From an uncultured virus (IMG/VR IMGVR_UViG_3300025889_017362) (taxonomy: Duplodnaviria; Heunggongvirae; Uroviricota; Caudoviricetes): DNA of 64,000 bases. The stretch is from IMG/VR virus record IMGVR_UViG_3300025889_017362. One strand, written 5' to 3'. A program made the position numbers and the translations under genes. The notes beneath the pieces were generated by a model. That model worked only from the letters and a program-made list of their open reading frames with translations. It did no database searches and was not told the DNA's origin. Each line of letters begins with the position of its first letter. Position 1 is the first letter of the stretch. This document shows positions 1 through 8,709 of this stretch, piece after piece.

Positions 1-47
1 AATTCAACGCACCTGTTAATGAAAGTGTGAGTGCTTGGGCTAGCTAA
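1..47 (+). CDS. 3' end of an upstream gene (partial, unknown product)
   Basis: Open frame ...FNAPVNESVSAWAS ending TAA at 45-47; followed by a 93-nt intergenic gap. Confidence 0.45.
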   Translation, partial: FNAPVNESVSAWAS

Positions 48-140
48 AAAACACACATAGCGGTTTATAATCAACACTTTTTAGATTAAAGTTATAGTAG
101 AGGAGTATTCTGCTATAACTTTTTTCTTTTATGGTGAGTT

Positions 141-1298
141 ATGAATCAACCGCAACAACCAACATTAGATGTAAAGGGAAAGTATTATATTCTAAACTTA
201 GCAGGTGGTTTAGGTGCTCGTATAATACAGACCTGTTTTATTCGCTCTTTGATAACGAAGAGAAAACAAGAAAGAAACTCCTACCCAATACTTGTTATTG
301 ATAATACTATTATTGGACAGATGGCGTCACAGGTTTTATCAAACCAAAATGTTATTTCTGTCCAAGTGCCAGAATCTCCAAACTCTTACCCTCATCACCC
401 TGGCCTTATGACCATACAAGATGGCACAAAAGAGCATCCTATTTGGATTGACTCTTGGAGAGATAGTTATAAAGATACAGGTGGTTGGTTGTGGGAGCTG
501 CTAAATAATAACTGGAAAAGAGCATACCATATTGAGTATGGTTTTGGTCTAACAAAAGCAATACACGAATCCAAACACAACAATACACAAAAGAGTTTCA
601 TTGGTTATCACTATGCTGATGGTATGCAAGATTTAGAGTATGATGGTGGTGTGCCAATGTTGCAAGTGCCACAGATAGATTCTCAAGTGGAAAACTTTGC
701 TAATACACAAAACAAACCATACATTGTCTTACATCTTGGCACAGACCTAAATGCCAGTGACTATATGTCTCCTGTAAACTATCGTTTTCATAAGGTATGG
801 TCTATTGCTCGTTGGACAGAATTGGTGCAAAAACTGAAACATAAATATAACTTTGTGCAAGTGTATGCCAACCAAGACAACATAGAAATACCCGACTGCC
901 TTTCTATACGAGTAGATAGTATTAGCCCTGTATTACAACTATTACAACACCCAAAATGTAAAATGTTTGTCGCTACCGACAATTACCTACATCACCTTGC
1001 TGCAAGTATCAAAAAGCCAGGCATTGTTTTATGGGGAAGTGTTTCACCTTATGTATGGGGTTGGAATATGAAACACCACTCCGTGCCGCATACACATCTA
1101 TGGCACCCATCATCATGTGATATTGCTCCATGCTGGCGGCCTTCACTCTTCGACACAAAAAGCACAGGCCAAAACTACATCTGTGATAGGGGCTATACTT
1201 GTATGAAAAGTATAGAAGTGTCGGAAGTAATAAAGACCATTGGTAAAGTAGATGCTTCTATTGGTGAAACAAAGAATAAAAATGAGATAGTGTTATGA
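141..1298 (+). CDS. GT9-family (heptosyltransferase-like) glycosyltransferase
   Basis: N-terminal GGLG; KVWSIARWTELV; FVATDNYLHHLAASIKKPGIVLWG; C-terminal C-x4-CW...C...CMKSI typical of WaaF/GT9. Confidence 0.8.
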   Translation: MNQPQQPTLDVKGKYYILNLAGGLGARIIQTCFIRSLITKRKQERNSYPILVIDNTIIGQMASQVLSNQNVISVQVPESPNSYPHHPGLMTIQDGTKEHPIWIDSWRDSYKDTGGWLWELLNNNWKRAYHIEYGFGLTKAIHESKHNNTQKSFIGYHYADGMQDLEYDGGVPMLQVPQIDSQVENFANTQNKPYIVLHLGTDLNASDYMSPVNYRFHKVWSIARWTELVQKLKHKYNFVQVYANQDNIEIPDCLSIRVDSISPVLQLLQHPKCKMFVATDNYLHHLAASIKKPGIVLWGSVSPYVWGWNMKHHSVPHTHLWHPSSCDIAPCWRPSLFDTKSTGQNYICDRGYTCMKSIEVSEVIKTIGKVDASIGETKNKNEIVL

Positions 1299-2209
1299 GC
1301 AAACTACCCAAGACACTTTATGTTATTCTTACTCACAACGAAAAACACCTCTCAACACAATACTATGAGAGCCTAAAATACTATCAAGAGCAAGATAACT
1401 TTGACCTTATATTTCTTGATAATGGAAGTAATAAACACTATAGACCCAAACAAGCAACACATAGGTTTCCAAAGAATGTTTATTTCAACGGTGCCATTCA
1501 GTGGGCTTGGCAGAAGATGTTGGAGAATGACGAGTATGAGTATCTTGTTTTTTCTAACAACGACATTATTCTTCATGGCTATCGTTATGTAGAAAACATG
1601 GTAACACAAATGCAAGAAGGAAACTTTGCAATGTTATCGCCATCTGTGATAGAGTTTTCCGGCCAAAACTTCTGGCCTATTATGCATTGTTGGTATAAAG
1701 ACAAACCAAGAGAAACAAGGTGGATAGATTTTACTTGTCCTTTTATACATCGTAAGGTTGTGGAAAAAATAGAATGGCCCTCTTGGTGGAGAAGCCCTAG
1801 TTATGGTTTTGATGACTATGCTGCTTTGATGTGTAATAGAGAGAATTGGAAAATTGGAGTAAGTGATAAGTGTACTGTTTTTCACTATGGTGCTCATAGT
1901 TATCGCCAAGAAAGAGCTGATGATGGTTTAGACCTACAAACTATGCAATATACCCACAGAGTAAATTTTGATTGGAATTTTGAGCAGATGGGTTTGTATG
2001 ATGAGATGAAAGAGTTAGCTAATCACAAGGCACTATACGGAAGACATAATTCATTGAAGATGGGTCGTATGCCAACTACGCCAGATGAAGGTTATTATGA
2101 AGCAGGTGGCCCAAATCAATGGTTTAGGAATAAGGAAGAAGAAAGGGTTTACCTTGAAAGAGAAAAGATTTATGATGAAAACTACAGAAAGTATAGGGGT
2201 ATAAAATGA
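1295..2209 (+). CDS. GT2/GT-A fold glycosyltransferase
   Basis: VILTHN, LIFLDNGS, VFSNNDII (DxD-like), HYGAHS; ATGA overlap with upstream gene. Confidence 0.75.
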   Translation: MSKLPKTLYVILTHNEKHLSTQYYESLKYYQEQDNFDLIFLDNGSNKHYRPKQATHRFPKNVYFNGAIQWAWQKMLENDEYEYLVFSNNDIILHGYRYVENMVTQMQEGNFAMLSPSVIEFSGQNFWPIMHCWYKDKPRETRWIDFTCPFIHRKVVEKIEWPSWWRSPSYGFDDYAALMCNRENWKIGVSDKCTVFHYGAHSYRQERADDGLDLQTMQYTHRVNFDWNFEQMGLYDEMKELANHKALYGRHNSLKMGRMPTTPDEGYYEAGGPNQWFRNKEEERVYLEREKIYDENYRKYRGIK

Positions 2210-3345
2210 AAGTATTGGGTCTAAATTGTGGATACAATGGCAGTGTTTCTGTTATTGTTGATGGTCAAGTAAAGGGTTATGCAAAGACAGGAAAGGGTTT
2301 TGATAGAGGTGTTAGTAAGGCAACCATAAAAGAAGCTCTTGATTCAGCTGGCCTAAAGCTAAGAAACATTGATGTAGCCAGTGTTGTAAATTGGTTTTCT
2401 GATAGATATTCAGATGGTCAAGAATGTTGGGATAAACATGAAGAGTTTTTCTCTATTACAAAAGAAAATGGTATTGAGTTTTCACTACAAGAATACATTG
2501 ACTTTTATCAAAACCCTACACAAGTTGCGTTAGGCACATTCACTCTAAACATTGGTGACCAATCATTACCATGTATGGTTGTTGACCACATCTTTGCTCA
2601 TTGCTCCTACAGCTATCTTACATCACCTTTTGATAATTGTATGTCTATTTGTATTGATAGTCAAGATGGATTCGGTGCAACAAATGCAATCTATTGGATG
2701 CAAGATAGTGATAAGAGTTTTAGGTTGTGGAGAAGAGACCAACAGTTTGCTCCGATAAACACATACACAAGTTTTACTGACTATATCGGAAACCACCCAG
2801 CGATAGAAAACTTTAGGTCTATTCAAGAGCTTGCTGGAGATAAAAGAAGTGATGACCCAAAACTAAAGGCATGGGCATGGCCTAACAATATTCAAATGGG
2901 AAACATTTTTCATGGCGACCAATGGGCTGGGTTGTTGAGTTATGAAGGTATAACCAATGTGCCTGAGAAAAATGGTTTCTTCCCTCCACTTACAAATGAA
3001 GGAGTGGTAGATGATAGTTGGCTTGATGCCAAAGACGCTGGCTTGACCGATAGGAGGACTTCTATTGCAATAGATGTATTGACTATCGTTGAGGATTCAA
3101 TACGCTCATACGTCAATACAGCCAAGGATTTTGGAAACAATGTAGCTATTGGTGGAAAGGTAACTATGTTTGATGGTTTGGTAAAAGAGTTATCAGACGA
3201 TAAGACATTTTTCACCCAACCACACAATGACGAAGAGTTATCTGCTGGTGGTGCATTATTCATAGCAGACCAGTTGGTAAAAAACAAGAAGGGTGAGTTG
3301 ATAACAAACACCAACAATAAAATTACCGCAAAGGAGGTGATATAA
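2206..3345 (+). CDS. Carbamoyltransferase (NodU/CmcH-type) N-terminal Kae1-like domain only, divergent
   Basis: MKVLGLNCGYNGSVSVIVDG; VDHIFAHCSYSYLTSPFD; AIGGKV; DEELSAGGAL; no C-terminal YrdC-like domain. Confidence 0.7.
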   Translation: MKVLGLNCGYNGSVSVIVDGQVKGYAKTGKGFDRGVSKATIKEALDSAGLKLRNIDVASVVNWFSDRYSDGQECWDKHEEFFSITKENGIEFSLQEYIDFYQNPTQVALGTFTLNIGDQSLPCMVVDHIFAHCSYSYLTSPFDNCMSICIDSQDGFGATNAIYWMQDSDKSFRLWRRDQQFAPINTYTSFTDYIGNHPAIENFRSIQELAGDKRSDDPKLKAWAWPNNIQMGNIFHGDQWAGLLSYEGITNVPEKNGFFPPLTNEGVVDDSWLDAKDAGLTDRRTSIAIDVLTIVEDSIRSYVNTAKDFGNNVAIGGKVTMFDGLVKELSDDKTFFTQPHNDEELSAGGALFIADQLVKNKKGELITNTNNKITAKEVI

Positions 3346-3524
3346 TGAGTATTAGAGAAACATACGACCAAGTAAACACTTTGATTGAAGCTCTGGCTGA
3401 AAACCATCAGAAGAATATGGATGGCAATAAGGCAGCTGGTGGAAGAGCTCGTAAGGCTGCCAGTGAGTTGAAGAAGATTCTTACAGTTTATCGTAAGGAA
3501 AGTATTGAAGAATCAAAGGCATGA
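3345..3524 (+). CDS. Histone H1-like (Hc1 family) small protein, 59 aa, not in the ORF track
   Basis: MSIRETYDQVNTLIEALAENHQKNMDGNKAAGGRARKAASELKKILTVYRKESIEESKA; GNKAAGxRARK signature; strong SD AAGGAGGT at 3331-3338; overlaps both neighbours (TAATG, ATGA). Confidence 0.85.
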   Translation: MSIRETYDQVNTLIEALAENHQKNMDGNKAAGGRARKAASELKKILTVYRKESIEESKA

Positions 3525-4426
3525 GTAGAGTTTTAGTTATAGGTGATTATCTCATTGATAGATATGTTTTCTATCAACAACAAAGGTATGACCCTGCCAA
3601 TAGTCAGGCGCCAGTTGTAAAGCTGGTGTCTGATTGTGTGGTATTAGGTGGTGCAGGGAACTTTGTTAGAAACCTACAATCTTTATGTAGGGGCAGAGCA
3701 TCAGTAGAGTTTTTTTATGTTGATAGACATAAACTAAATGACTTTCCGACAAAGAAAAGATACTTTATTGAAGACAAGTTTATCTATAGAGAAGATAGTA
3801 ATGACAAGATAGACCATGACCAAGATTTGATAGATAACTTTATCTCTAGTATCAAAGATGGCGACTATGTTGTTATTTCTGACTACCACAAGGGCACTAT
3901 AAATGAGTCAGACATAGAAAGAATAATAACTAGGTGTAATGAGTTATCTAATGTTACTACTTTTATAGATACTAACTTTGTAAAGAGCTGCCATAAGAGA
4001 TGTAGTTGGCTAAAGATAAACACCTTGACTTCACAACATTACCACTCAACCAAGAATAGTTTCGATATAGCGAAAGAATTATCAAATAACTTTTGTTGTA
4101 ATACCATCATAACAAGAGGATCAACAGGGTTGAGTTTTTGCTCTACCAATAGAGAATTGATTAGGGTGTTGAAAGAAGAAGATACACAGTTTATTGATAG
4201 TATCGGTGCTGGTGATGCTTGTTTAGCAGGGTTAGTAGCCGCAATTATTGATAACAAACCTTTAGGTGATGCATTGATTTATGCTGATGTGTGTGGCCAT
4301 CTTAGCACACACAATATTGAAACAGTAGATTGCCTTGATAAAATGAAGGTAGATAAAAAAATAAGAAGCATAAAAGTAAGTGAAAATGAAACATCTAATG
4401 GTGTTAGTTGGCTACACTACGAATAA
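3521..4426 (+). CDS. HldE/RfaE-type D-glycero-beta-D-manno-heptose-7-phosphate kinase domain (PfkB family), stand-alone
   Basis: VLVIGDYLIDRY, APVVK, LGGAGN, VISDYHKG, ITRGSTG, DSIGAGD; no C-terminal adenylyltransferase domain. Confidence 0.8.
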   Translation: MSRVLVIGDYLIDRYVFYQQQRYDPANSQAPVVKLVSDCVVLGGAGNFVRNLQSLCRGRASVEFFYVDRHKLNDFPTKKRYFIEDKFIYREDSNDKIDHDQDLIDNFISSIKDGDYVVISDYHKGTINESDIERIITRCNELSNVTTFIDTNFVKSCHKRCSWLKINTLTSQHYHSTKNSFDIAKELSNNFCCNTIITRGSTGLSFCSTNRELIRVLKEEDTQFIDSIGAGDACLAGLVAAIIDNKPLGDALIYADVCGHLSTHNIETVDCLDKMKVDKKIRSIKVSENETSNGVSWLHYE

Positions 4427-4431
4427 AGTAA

Positions 4432-5250
4432 ATGAATGAAAACACAATAACACTTTTGATAATGTGTAAAGATGAGTTTACAAAGGTAAAAAACATTATT
4501 AAAAGTCTAGAGAGTCACATACATGAAGCTGTTATTGTTATTACAGGTAACGCTGCGGCTAGTGAGATAGGTTATGTTTCGGCTACAAGCAAAAAGGTTC
4601 CTATAAAGGTTTTATCTTACACTTGGCACGATGACTATTCTGCTCCACTAAACGCAGGTTTAAGGTTATGTACTGGCAAATGGATTTTTCGTTTAGACAC
4701 AGACGAAGAGATTGATAAAAACACTATAAGAAAAGTTTCACAAGCTGTAGTGTTACCTAATGTAGATGCTTTTGAGGTGATTCAAAGAGGTTATTTACCC
4801 ATTCATAGAAAAGAGTTTGGTGTAAAAAGAGTTTCACCCTATAAGGGTTATAGTAATGCTGTTGATGACATTTGTGTTAGGTTGTTTAAGAATGACCCAA
4901 GAATATTCTTTGAGTTTAACACACATGAAACACTTTATAACTCTATAAAAAGGGGCGATTTCTCTCTTAAAAGGTCAAACATTATACTTCATCATTGGGG
5001 TAAACTAACAATGAGTAAAAAAGCACCTTACTATTATAAGATTGCACTGGAAAGATTGAGGAGATATCCAGAAGATTATCAATCTTATTATTATTTGGGT
5101 GTAGCAGCAGATTTCATAGGTAAAATGGATGTAGCCTATGATGCATTTAAAAAAGGTTATGAAAAGTATAAAACCACTTATTATAAAATTCCACTTGAAT
5201 TTGTGGAAAGAAAGAGGAGGATGTTAAATGGCAGAAGAAAAGTCAATTAG
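4432..5250 (+). CDS. GT2 glycosyltransferase with C-terminal TPR-like helices
   Basis: MCKDE, WHDDYSAPLNAGL, WIFRLDTDE, RLFKN, THE, ILHHWG; YYYLG TPR-like repeat. Confidence 0.8.
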   Translation: MNENTITLLIMCKDEFTKVKNIIKSLESHIHEAVIVITGNAAASEIGYVSATSKKVPIKVLSYTWHDDYSAPLNAGLRLCTGKWIFRLDTDEEIDKNTIRKVSQAVVLPNVDAFEVIQRGYLPIHRKEFGVKRVSPYKGYSNAVDDICVRLFKNDPRIFFEFNTHETLYNSIKRGDFSLKRSNIILHHWGKLTMSKKAPYYYKIALERLRRYPEDYQSYYYLGVAADFIGKMDVAYDAFKKGYEKYKTTYYKIPLEFVERKRRMLNGRRKVN

Positions 5251-5509
5251 CCTTGAAACACTTCAAGAGCAGCAGAATCAGTTGTCAGAGGCAGTAACTC
5301 AGTTGACAACACAGAGGACACAGTTGGAAGAACAGTTATCATCTGTACGTAATCAGTTGGCAACTAATATTGGTGCATTGCAGTATGCCAATGCTCTTAT
5401 TCAGAGTTTGGGTGGAGAAGAGTTGGCAGACCCCACTGATGTTGGTGGAGATCCTGCAGAAACAGAAACACTAGAAGTAGAAGATGCAGGTGAGGAAGTA
5501 ACTTTGTAA
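5228..5509 (+). CDS. Small coiled-coil protein with acidic tail
   Basis: Heptad Leu/Gln repeats then GALQY; SD GAGGAGG upstream. Confidence 0.6.
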   Translation: MAEEKSISLETLQEQQNQLSEAVTQLTTQRTQLEEQLSSVRNQLATNIGALQYANALIQSLGGEELADPTDVGGDPAETETLEVEDAGEEVTL

Positions 5510-5518
5510 TGTAAAACG

Positions 5519-5674
5519 CTCCATCTATGATGTTTTGTCATTTTTTTGTTTGATATTTATTTTAGGAGTTTTATAGGTTATTTTGTAATTGTTAAAAGTT
5601 TAACTCTCTTTAGAACAAAAAAACTATGTATACCTTCTTATAGAAGTATATGCTTTTTAACATCATAGATGGAG
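5519..5674 (+). promoter_or_regulatory. Perfect 16-bp inverted repeat whose 3' arm contains the tail-sheath Shine-Dalgarno
   Basis: CTCCATCTATGATGTT (5519-5534) is the exact reverse complement of AACATCATAGATGGAG (5659-5674); sheath ATG at 5682. Confidence 0.8.
5553..5560 (+). promoter_or_regulatory. Candidate late promoter motif (A/G)TATTTAT upstream of tail sheath
   Basis: Same octamer recurs upstream of structural/late genes at 8133, 9811, 31228, 39964 and 61207. Confidence 0.55.
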
Positions 5675-5681
5675 AAAATAG

Positions 5682-8072
5682 ATGGCCGAAGTGTTTGTCT
5701 CGCCCGGCGTCTATACACAGGAAATTGATGATACATTTGTACCTGCTGGTGCTGGTACAATTGGAGCTGCTCTTATTGGGCGCACTGCATCTGGACCTGC
5801 GTTTAGACCTACAAGGGTAAATAACTTTAATGAATTTCGTACTGTATTCGGTGGCTTGGATGATACAAAATACATGCCCTATGCAGCACGCTCTTATCTG
5901 AGAAATGGCTCACCACTCACAGTTGTTCGTGTCCTTGGTAAAAGCACACAGAGCACTGGTCAGATTGGTGTCATTGCTTTCCCCGCAGAAAATCAAACTT
6001 CTGTTTCAGCTATCAGTGCTTCTAACATTGCTTTGGCTGTCATCAGAAGACGCTCATCAACAACTCCTAGTGGCACACAGGGTGACATTCAGCTAAGTGG
6101 TACTTATAACAACTTTGCTTTGTCTGCTGGTGACGAGGTTGTTGCTGGTCTATCATTGGTTGAGTCTGATGGTAACTACATCAAGAAGGTCTTGGGTACT
6201 AACCCCATTGAGGCCAACTCTGGTGATAAGCTACAGGCTTTTTATGTTGACTCCGTATTCAACTATGGATCTGCATTAGGTACAGTTAGTGCCGATAATG
6301 ATACACCTGGCAACGTACGTTATGCTACTATTACTGCTGATGGCGATATGTTTCAAGAAGTGGTTGGTGGTTTCTCTGAAGCCTCTACACCTTCTATCGT
6401 TTCACAAAACTTTGCTGGTACTGTTCACCCACTATTCAAGATTCACACATTGGGTGATGGTAACACAACAAACAATAAATACAAGATTTCTATTAGTAAT
6501 GTTGACATTGCTACTTCATCAACTTCATTTCCTAAGTTTACTGTTTCAGTTAGACAGGCAAATGACACCGATGAAAACCCAATCGTATTGGAAAACTTTA
6601 CTGATGTAAACCTTGACCCAAATAGTAGACAATACATTGCTCGTGTAATCGGTGATAGAAGAACTCAATTTGACCTATCACAAGACCCACCCGAAGTATT
6701 GTATAACGGTGACTTCCCCAATAAGTCACAGTATATTAGAGTGTTCATGCACGCTGCTGCTCCAGCCGCTGCAAGACCTGCTGGTTTCCAAGGTGTATCA
6801 AGTTTTGCCGTAACAACAGAAGCACAAGGTAGTGTTTCAGCTGCGGCCTTGCCACTGAAACTAAATCAGCTAAACTCAATCAATGCTGTTGATGGTCGTA
6901 TCTTTGTTGGCCCTAACTTTGACTCAACAGGTTTCGGTGACCGACTTAGAAAGACCGTTACATCTGCCTCTGGTGATTCAGCAAGTGATAACGGTGTGTT
7001 GTTATACGCTGCAAACGCTGATTATCCTGGCAGTGCTGGTGTTACTAACTACACAGCTATTGATATGTTGGGTAGTAGCTCTGGTAACTTCTCAACAACA
7101 AACAAGGTAAGATTTAGTGTGCCTATGTTTGGTGGTTGGGATGGATTTGACCCAAGAAAGAATCAGTTGGAAACAGAAGTTTCATCAGGCACAGATACAT
7201 TGTCTGGCGACTTCAACACTGCCATCAAGGTGCTTTCTAACCCCGATGAAGTTGACTTCAACCTTGTCGCTATGCCAGGCATTCACTCTTCTGCTGGTGG
7301 TGCTCTTACAGACCGTCTAGTTGATATGTGTGCTAATCGTGCTGATGCTTTTGCTCTTATTGATATTGCAAACACAACAGCAACAGGAGCTGGTTTGGGT
7401 CTTTCAGTTGCTAACGCTGAAACAGAGTCACTAAAATACAACTCAAACTATGGTGCTACTTACTATCCTTGGGTTCGTATCAACGATGTAGATAACAACA
7501 AACTAGTTTGGGTACCACCAAGTGTTGCAGTTATGGGTGCTTATGCATTCAACGATAGAGTTGCACAACCTTGGTTTGCACCTGCTGGTTTCAATCGTGG
7601 TGGTTTGGATGAAGTATTGGAAGTTAGAAGAAGATTGACACAATCTCAGCGTGACACTCTTTATAACACCAACGTCAACCCAATCGCTACATTTCCTGGC
7701 CAAGGTATCGTTATCTTCGGTCAGAAGACACTACAGAGAAAACAGTCAGTACTTGATAGAGTCAACGTACGCCGCATGATGATTGAAGTACGTAAGACCA
7801 TTGCAAGTTTCTCAAGACTCTTTATCTTTGAGCCTAACACAGTTGCTACAAGAGAAAGACTTTTGACACAGGTCAATGACTATCTGTCCAGTGTACAGGC
7901 AGCAAACGGTATTAACGAGTTTAGAGCGGTATTGGATGAAACCACTACTACACCAGACTTGATTGATAGAAACATTATCAAGGGTAAGATTTTCTTGAAG
8001 CCCACCACAGCTGCTGAAATTGTTATCTTTGACTTTACTGTCACACCTAACGGTGCTGCTTTTAGTGAGTAA
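5682..8072 (+). CDS. Contractile tail sheath protein (T4 gp18-like)
   Basis: VSPGVYTQEID N-terminus; YGATYYPWV, WVPPS, PWFAPAGFNRG, VNPIATFPGQG..GQKT, LDRVNVRR, FEPN, KPTTAAE. Confidence 0.97.
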   Translation: MAEVFVSPGVYTQEIDDTFVPAGAGTIGAALIGRTASGPAFRPTRVNNFNEFRTVFGGLDDTKYMPYAARSYLRNGSPLTVVRVLGKSTQSTGQIGVIAFPAENQTSVSAISASNIALAVIRRRSSTTPSGTQGDIQLSGTYNNFALSAGDEVVAGLSLVESDGNYIKKVLGTNPIEANSGDKLQAFYVDSVFNYGSALGTVSADNDTPGNVRYATITADGDMFQEVVGGFSEASTPSIVSQNFAGTVHPLFKIHTLGDGNTTNNKYKISISNVDIATSSTSFPKFTVSVRQANDTDENPIVLENFTDVNLDPNSRQYIARVIGDRRTQFDLSQDPPEVLYNGDFPNKSQYIRVFMHAAAPAAARPAGFQGVSSFAVTTEAQGSVSAAALPLKLNQLNSINAVDGRIFVGPNFDSTGFGDRLRKTVTSASGDSASDNGVLLYAANADYPGSAGVTNYTAIDMLGSSSGNFSTTNKVRFSVPMFGGWDGFDPRKNQLETEVSSGTDTLSGDFNTAIKVLSNPDEVDFNLVAMPGIHSSAGGALTDRLVDMCANRADAFALIDIANTTATGAGLGLSVANAETESLKYNSNYGATYYPWVRINDVDNNKLVWVPPSVAVMGAYAFNDRVAQPWFAPAGFNRGGLDEVLEVRRRLTQSQRDTLYNTNVNPIATFPGQGIVIFGQKTLQRKQSVLDRVNVRRMMIEVRKTIASFSRLFIFEPNTVATRERLLTQVNDYLSSVQAANGINEFRAVLDETTTTPDLIDRNIIKGKIFLKPTTAAEIVIFDFTVTPNGAAFSE

Positions 8073-8082
8073 AAAATAACTT

Positions 8083-8123
8083 ATGACAGGGTGGAGTGTT
8101 ATCTCCACCTTGTTATATTTTTT
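8083..8123 (+). terminator. Rho-independent terminator after sheath gene
   Basis: 14-bp stem ATGACAGGGTGGAG / CTCCACCTTGTTAT (two G-U pairs), 6-nt loop, followed by ATTTTTT. Confidence 0.75.
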
Positions 8124-8132
8124 ACTTTTAGT

Positions 8133-8140
8133 GTATTTAT
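8133..8140 (+). promoter_or_regulatory. Candidate late promoter upstream of tail tube
   Basis: GTATTTAT immediately after the sheath terminator, 43 nt before the tube ATG. Confidence 0.5.
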
Positions 8141-8182
8141 TGTAGGAAGTTTATTAAAATTAAATGAAGATGGAGAACAAGG

Positions 8183-8677
8183 ATGCCACAGCCATTTGAA
8201 GTAAACGCAATGTTGGCTGATACATTTGAACCAAAAAGACAAAATAGATTTTTGTTTCAATTTACTGATGATACATTACCAGCATACATTGCAAGAACGG
8301 CTTCTAGACCCTCTTTTACACAGGAAACGATTACCATTGACTATCTAAACTCAAAGAGATATCTCGCTGGTAAGTTTGAGTGGAATACAATGACACTCGG
8401 TTTACATGACCCAATCGCACCATCTGCTGCTCAAAAGGTAATGGAATGGGCACGTTTGGCTCACGAAACAATTTCTGGTAGAGATGGTTATGCAGCTTTT
8501 TATAAGAAGAATTTTAATCTTATAGCACTTGACCCCGTTGGTGCAGCAGTTGAAAAATGGGAAATTAGAGGTGCATTTATTACAGACGCAACATTCGGTG
8601 ACTATGACATGACTTCTGGTGAAGTTATGAATATTGACCTAACAATTCGTATGGATGAATGTATCCTAAGATACTAA
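8183..8677 (+). CDS. Tail tube protein (T4 gp19-like)
   Basis: FEPKRQNRF, AGKFEWNTMTL..HDPI, GRDGYAAFYKK, VEKWEIRGAF; 164 aa directly after sheath. Confidence 0.92.
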   Translation: MPQPFEVNAMLADTFEPKRQNRFLFQFTDDTLPAYIARTASRPSFTQETITIDYLNSKRYLAGKFEWNTMTLGLHDPIAPSAAQKVMEWARLAHETISGRDGYAAFYKKNFNLIALDPVGAAVEKWEIRGAFITDATFGDYDMTSGEVMNIDLTIRMDECILRY

Positions 8678-8709
8678 AAACGCAATAAGGTTTCAAAGGA
8701 CAATAACAT

